A stretch of DNA of 21,374 nt from Tubiluchus corallicola. Its lineage: Eukaryota > Animalia > Priapulida. Each line of letters opens with the position of its first letter. The first letter of the stretch is position 1. Location of the stretch: contig JAQGDQ010000473.1 in assembly GCA_030141605.1 (NCBI GenBank), forward strand, positions 1 through 21,374. The letters are read 5' to 3'. Under the pieces are notes generated by a model. That model ran no database searches. It was not told the DNA's origin and was given only the letters and a program-made list of their open reading frames with translations. This document shows positions 1 through 21,374 of the stretch, piece by piece. Made by a program: the position numbers and the translations under genes.

Positions 1-820
1 CCGTTTTCGTTTGCTTGACTCGGTATTTACCTATCCACACCTAAATGCAGGGACATCCTCTATTTAGGGAGGGCGTGTCCACATCTGAACGTGGCTAAGA
101 CGCCTCTGCTGGTTTACTCTCTCATCATGCAAAATTATCCTTAATATAAGACAGATTCCGGTCCTGCCTCAATCCTCAATGCTTTATAATAACGAGATAT
201 TTGGCTTCTTTGACACAAAATGCTGAATCTGTCCGACATGATTCAAACATTCCGTCTCAATTTGAAATTTTATGCTTGACTTGCTGTATCTGACGTCATT
301 ATACTTAGTGTGTGCTAATCATTAAGATGTGGGCAGAGCTTTCCTACAAGCATAATTGAAAATCTAAGCTGATCACCCAAAAATCTTTAGTTATTGAAGT
401 CTTTACTTTTTATGATTCAAAACTACAGATCGATTGCACATCTCGATTTCTAATACCAGAAAGTGAATTACTCTGTATCACGTGACCTACTTCACCTATG
501 CAATCATCTAAATTAAAACTTTTCTTTAGCTATGATAAATTTTGTGGATGGAGCTTCGGAGAAAGCGACATTTATGTGGCAAATGTTGTGTTTTGTTTCT
601 CTCAGAAGGCTCGTAGAGAAAACCAGAAAACACTTAGTCAAATTAAACTAGTTTATTAAGCGAGAATTCTACAACACAAAAATATGAAGGAACGCGAAAT
701 GATTGCAGTAAACGTGAAAATCTGGAAAACGTTTGAGTGTATCTGAAAATACAAGTATTCAAGAGAATGTGTAAGTGGCGTCCTTGTGAATCTGCGTGTG
801 TCTCAGCGGCCAGCTTCGCC

Positions 821-870
821 TTATATAGGGTACCAGGGAACATTCTAGACGTTTCTTTCTAGAACATTCT
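821..870 (-). promoter_or_regulatory. Heat-shock-type promoter: two adjacent HSE arrays plus TATA box
   Basis: GAAcaTTCtaGAcgtTTC (838-855) and TTCtaGAAcaTTC (857-869) are alternating nGAAn arrays; TATATAA on the minus strand at 827-821 lies about 10 nt downstream. Confidence 0.7.
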
Positions 871-2731
871 ACAAGGTAAGACGATTATTCTAACGGAACA
901 GTCTACTATGTTCTATTTAATTCTAATAGATGCCAGCGATCTCCACAACAGGGAATATTAACAGTTTTAGATGCAGCGGAACACTTATCGATTTGTAATG
1001 GAATAGTAGGCCTAATCAGTGAAAAAATAATAGTTCTTTCTATCTTAATTTTAAATTTTCTCCCAGCATGACCAAACAGTTGCACAAATTGAGTTTTCCT
1101 AGAGGCTGTTTGAGCAGTTTCCAGCAAAATGGTTGGGTGCGGGAAAATTCCCGTAGCGGGCATTACTGGCCATACCGCAAAATCCAAATATGACCATAAC
1201 ACCAACCATTGAACGGGCCATTCAACCATTACCAGCACCGCCCCCGGCACATTCCCGTTCTCTAGAAATAAGAGGTATAGGTTTTGCAAATTTTTGCAAA
1301 AAAGGGTAAAAAAAGGGCGTTTTGGGAGGTTTTCGCGCCTCGTTCCTCCCGGTGGGCCCGATTCGAAAAATAACACCCCAATGGCAAAACTGTGGGTTTG
1401 ATGGATAGACTGTCGAATATGATGCCGTCGTTGGAGCTGTAGCCTCGTCGGTTATATATATCTATATAATATATATGATACATTAAATGAAAGTATTTAA
1501 TTATATAGATAAATAATTAAAATATTTTCATTTAATGTTAGCAAATTAGAGCATAAAGATAAAAAACAATTTACTCAGCCCTTGATTACTCATTAATTAA
1601 AATAAGCACGTGCTTAGGGCTTCAGTGGAAAAGAGACCACGCAGTTTTTTTTTCAAATCGGATAATTAAACCGGAATATATAAGAAATGAAAATGAAAGT
1701 GTTTGTACTGTATTCGCTAGGATAAGTTTTGTTCATTATATAATGCTGATCTTTTGTAATCTCTATGTTTATTGGTATCCAATTCGCATGTAGACATGTT
1801 GAATGGCCGTCTCTTTATAAGATTTAGCGTCGTCTCTGTATTTTTAATCTGATATCATTTTTTACGCAAAGTAAACCTGATGCTCTAGCATTTACTGCAA
1901 ATAAATTGTTTTGGATATAAAGAACGTGGTGCCTCCTTGTGTTTTTTTTTTGCAAATTTAGGCTGTTGATAGTCAGGTGATCTAGAACAGGAAATAGGCC
2001 ATTGGCCTCATTTTGCTAAACAGGATAGGAAAGAAGTCATTCTTGTTCAGTACGTCGTGTCGTTTTATAACAAAATTTTGACAATCGAGTTCTGTTTAGC
2101 AAGTTAGTAAGATGCGGCAAAGATGTAAGTTTGATTTCTTCATATTTCATAATATTATTATACATTTTCATTATAGCACTTAATTATCCTTTTGACATTG
2201 GATTAGCAGAAAATGTTTTTATTTGCTTCAGATAAAACGAAGTCGAGTCGTTCATAATATGTCAGTCAGTCAGTCAGTCAGTCAAATATGTCATGATGTG
2301 ATAGTGATTTTGGGATGAGACGATGACTGCCCATTTTGGACAACAAAAAATCATAAATTACATCTAAAAGACTGCTGGACTTGAATTTAGTGCATGTCCA
2401 CATAAATCTTACCGCAAGTTTTTTTTTATTTCGAAAGATAAAATTTCATATTACAGTTTAATATTGTTTTAATAATTATGAATTACACATATGGGCGATA
2501 CCATAGTCTTTTCAGTGCTTTGGGCCTCTTGACATTTTAACCAAGCCTTGATTTTACCCTAGACATTGGTCACATTTACATTTAATTTTGAGCCAACGTG
2601 TCCAGTGCCATAGTGGTTTGCAACTGCAGATGACAATAATGCGTAGGCGTTCCAGAAAGAGTTAAGTACAATGATGTTCCACCACATGTTGTCATATCTA
2701 CAAAAACAACTATATTTGCATATGAGCAAAT

Positions 2732-3179
2732 ATAAACAGATGAGGACAAACGAAGGAGCCAGCTTCTAGGTTTATTGCTGTTCAAGCCATTATCAAACTA
2801 TAAATGAAGCCAAAAAGAAGAATAAATAATACATTGATGATACAAAGGTATAAACTGAAACTAGAAAACAACAGATTAGAATTTAACTTAGCAAAATAAG
2901 CTAGGTTGTAATGGAAGAAATTGCAAAGAAACGTACAGAAATTATATAGACACAAGTCTACTAACACATGAGAACCAAAAAAGATTTGGACATTTCTTTG
3001 CAATTTCTTCCATTACTGCCTCGTTTATTTTGATAAGTTAAATTCTAATTCATGTTTTGTAGTTTCAGTTTTTGCCTTTGTATCATTAATGTATTATTTA
3101 TTCTTCTTTTTGGCTTCGTTTATGGTTTGATAATGGCTTCAATAGCCGAAACGATTGATGGTCAATAAACAGATCAGGA
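2732..3179. mobile_element. Foldback insertion, probable Penelope-like element remnant, with candidate 15-bp target-site duplication
   Basis: Arms ~2777-2937 and ~2987-3146 are reverse complements with scattered mismatches; flanked by ATAAACAGAT(G/C)AGGA at 2732-2746 and 3165-3179; right end has TTGATAATGGCT-TCAAT-AGCCGAAAC...AATAAA. The inverted repeat is directly visible; the family call is inference. Confidence 0.6.
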
Positions 3180-3192
3180 TATAATTATGTAC

Positions 3193-21051
<17,859 letters not shown>

Positions 21052-21276
21052 GTTAAAATGAAATGCTTTTACCAAAATTTTATGCAAGTCCTTTCTATGC
21101 AGACATATAAACCATCCAAACTTAATAACTTATATCAATGCTTTGCAAACACGTGTAATTGAATTCTTCCATATATGGCGTCTAGACAAAGTAAAGGAGA
21201 AGTAATACTTTCTGTCAGGTAGAAGTACATATGCTACTACCCAGAGTCAAAGAAGTGTACTAGTAGGCTTATAATC

Positions 21277-21374
21277 CGGGGCGTAGCCAGGTTCTAAAGT
21301 TAGGGGGGGCAAGTTAGGCGTTTGCATACCAAACATTTTTAACGCATTGATTATACATTGTAATCTTGTAAGAT
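21277..21374 (+). mobile_element. Probable left end of a MITE running out of the window
   Basis: CCGGGGCGTAGCCAGG...AGGGGGGGC resembles common invertebrate non-autonomous transposon ends; partner TIR not in the window. Confidence 0.45.

Noticed and set aside
60-108. Possible MITE right end (GTGGCTAAGACGCCTCTG)
   Set aside because: Partner end would be outside the window, so it cannot be supported.
906-1483. ORFs 906..1376 and 1262..1483 as genes
   Set aside because: No recognisable domain; the GC-richer segment looks like an unclassified repeat, but I could not define its ends.

Overview
AT-rich eukaryotic (probably invertebrate animal) genomic DNA; no prokaryotic gene organisation, CRISPR array or rRNA. 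The window is dominated by one minus-strand spliced gene that the ORF track misses: a probably secreted, single-domain phospholipase B1-like (PLB1, SGNH/GDSL lipase family) protein. I assembled 10 GT-AG exons by hand (21051 to 3193, 1149 nt, 383 codons, all phases consistent), with a signal-peptide-like N-terminus and intact GDSL, block II G, GGND and DxxH motifs; the terminal exon is unresolved. The introns hold roughly 7.5-8 kb of tandem repeats (46-, 27-, 56-, 53- and 137-bp units plus microsatellites), which explain almost all long ORFs in the track, and also LINE, SINE and MITE remnants. Best second-look items: (i) a TSD-flanked ~160-bp-arm inverted repeat with a Penelope-type hammerhead-like motif just after the last clear exon, (ii) a heat-shock-element plus TATA promoter at 821-870 with no visible coding partner, (iii) a 2.25-kb indel-free 27-bp array that stays open for over 800 codons. 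I found no convincing evidence of a wholly new biological system.
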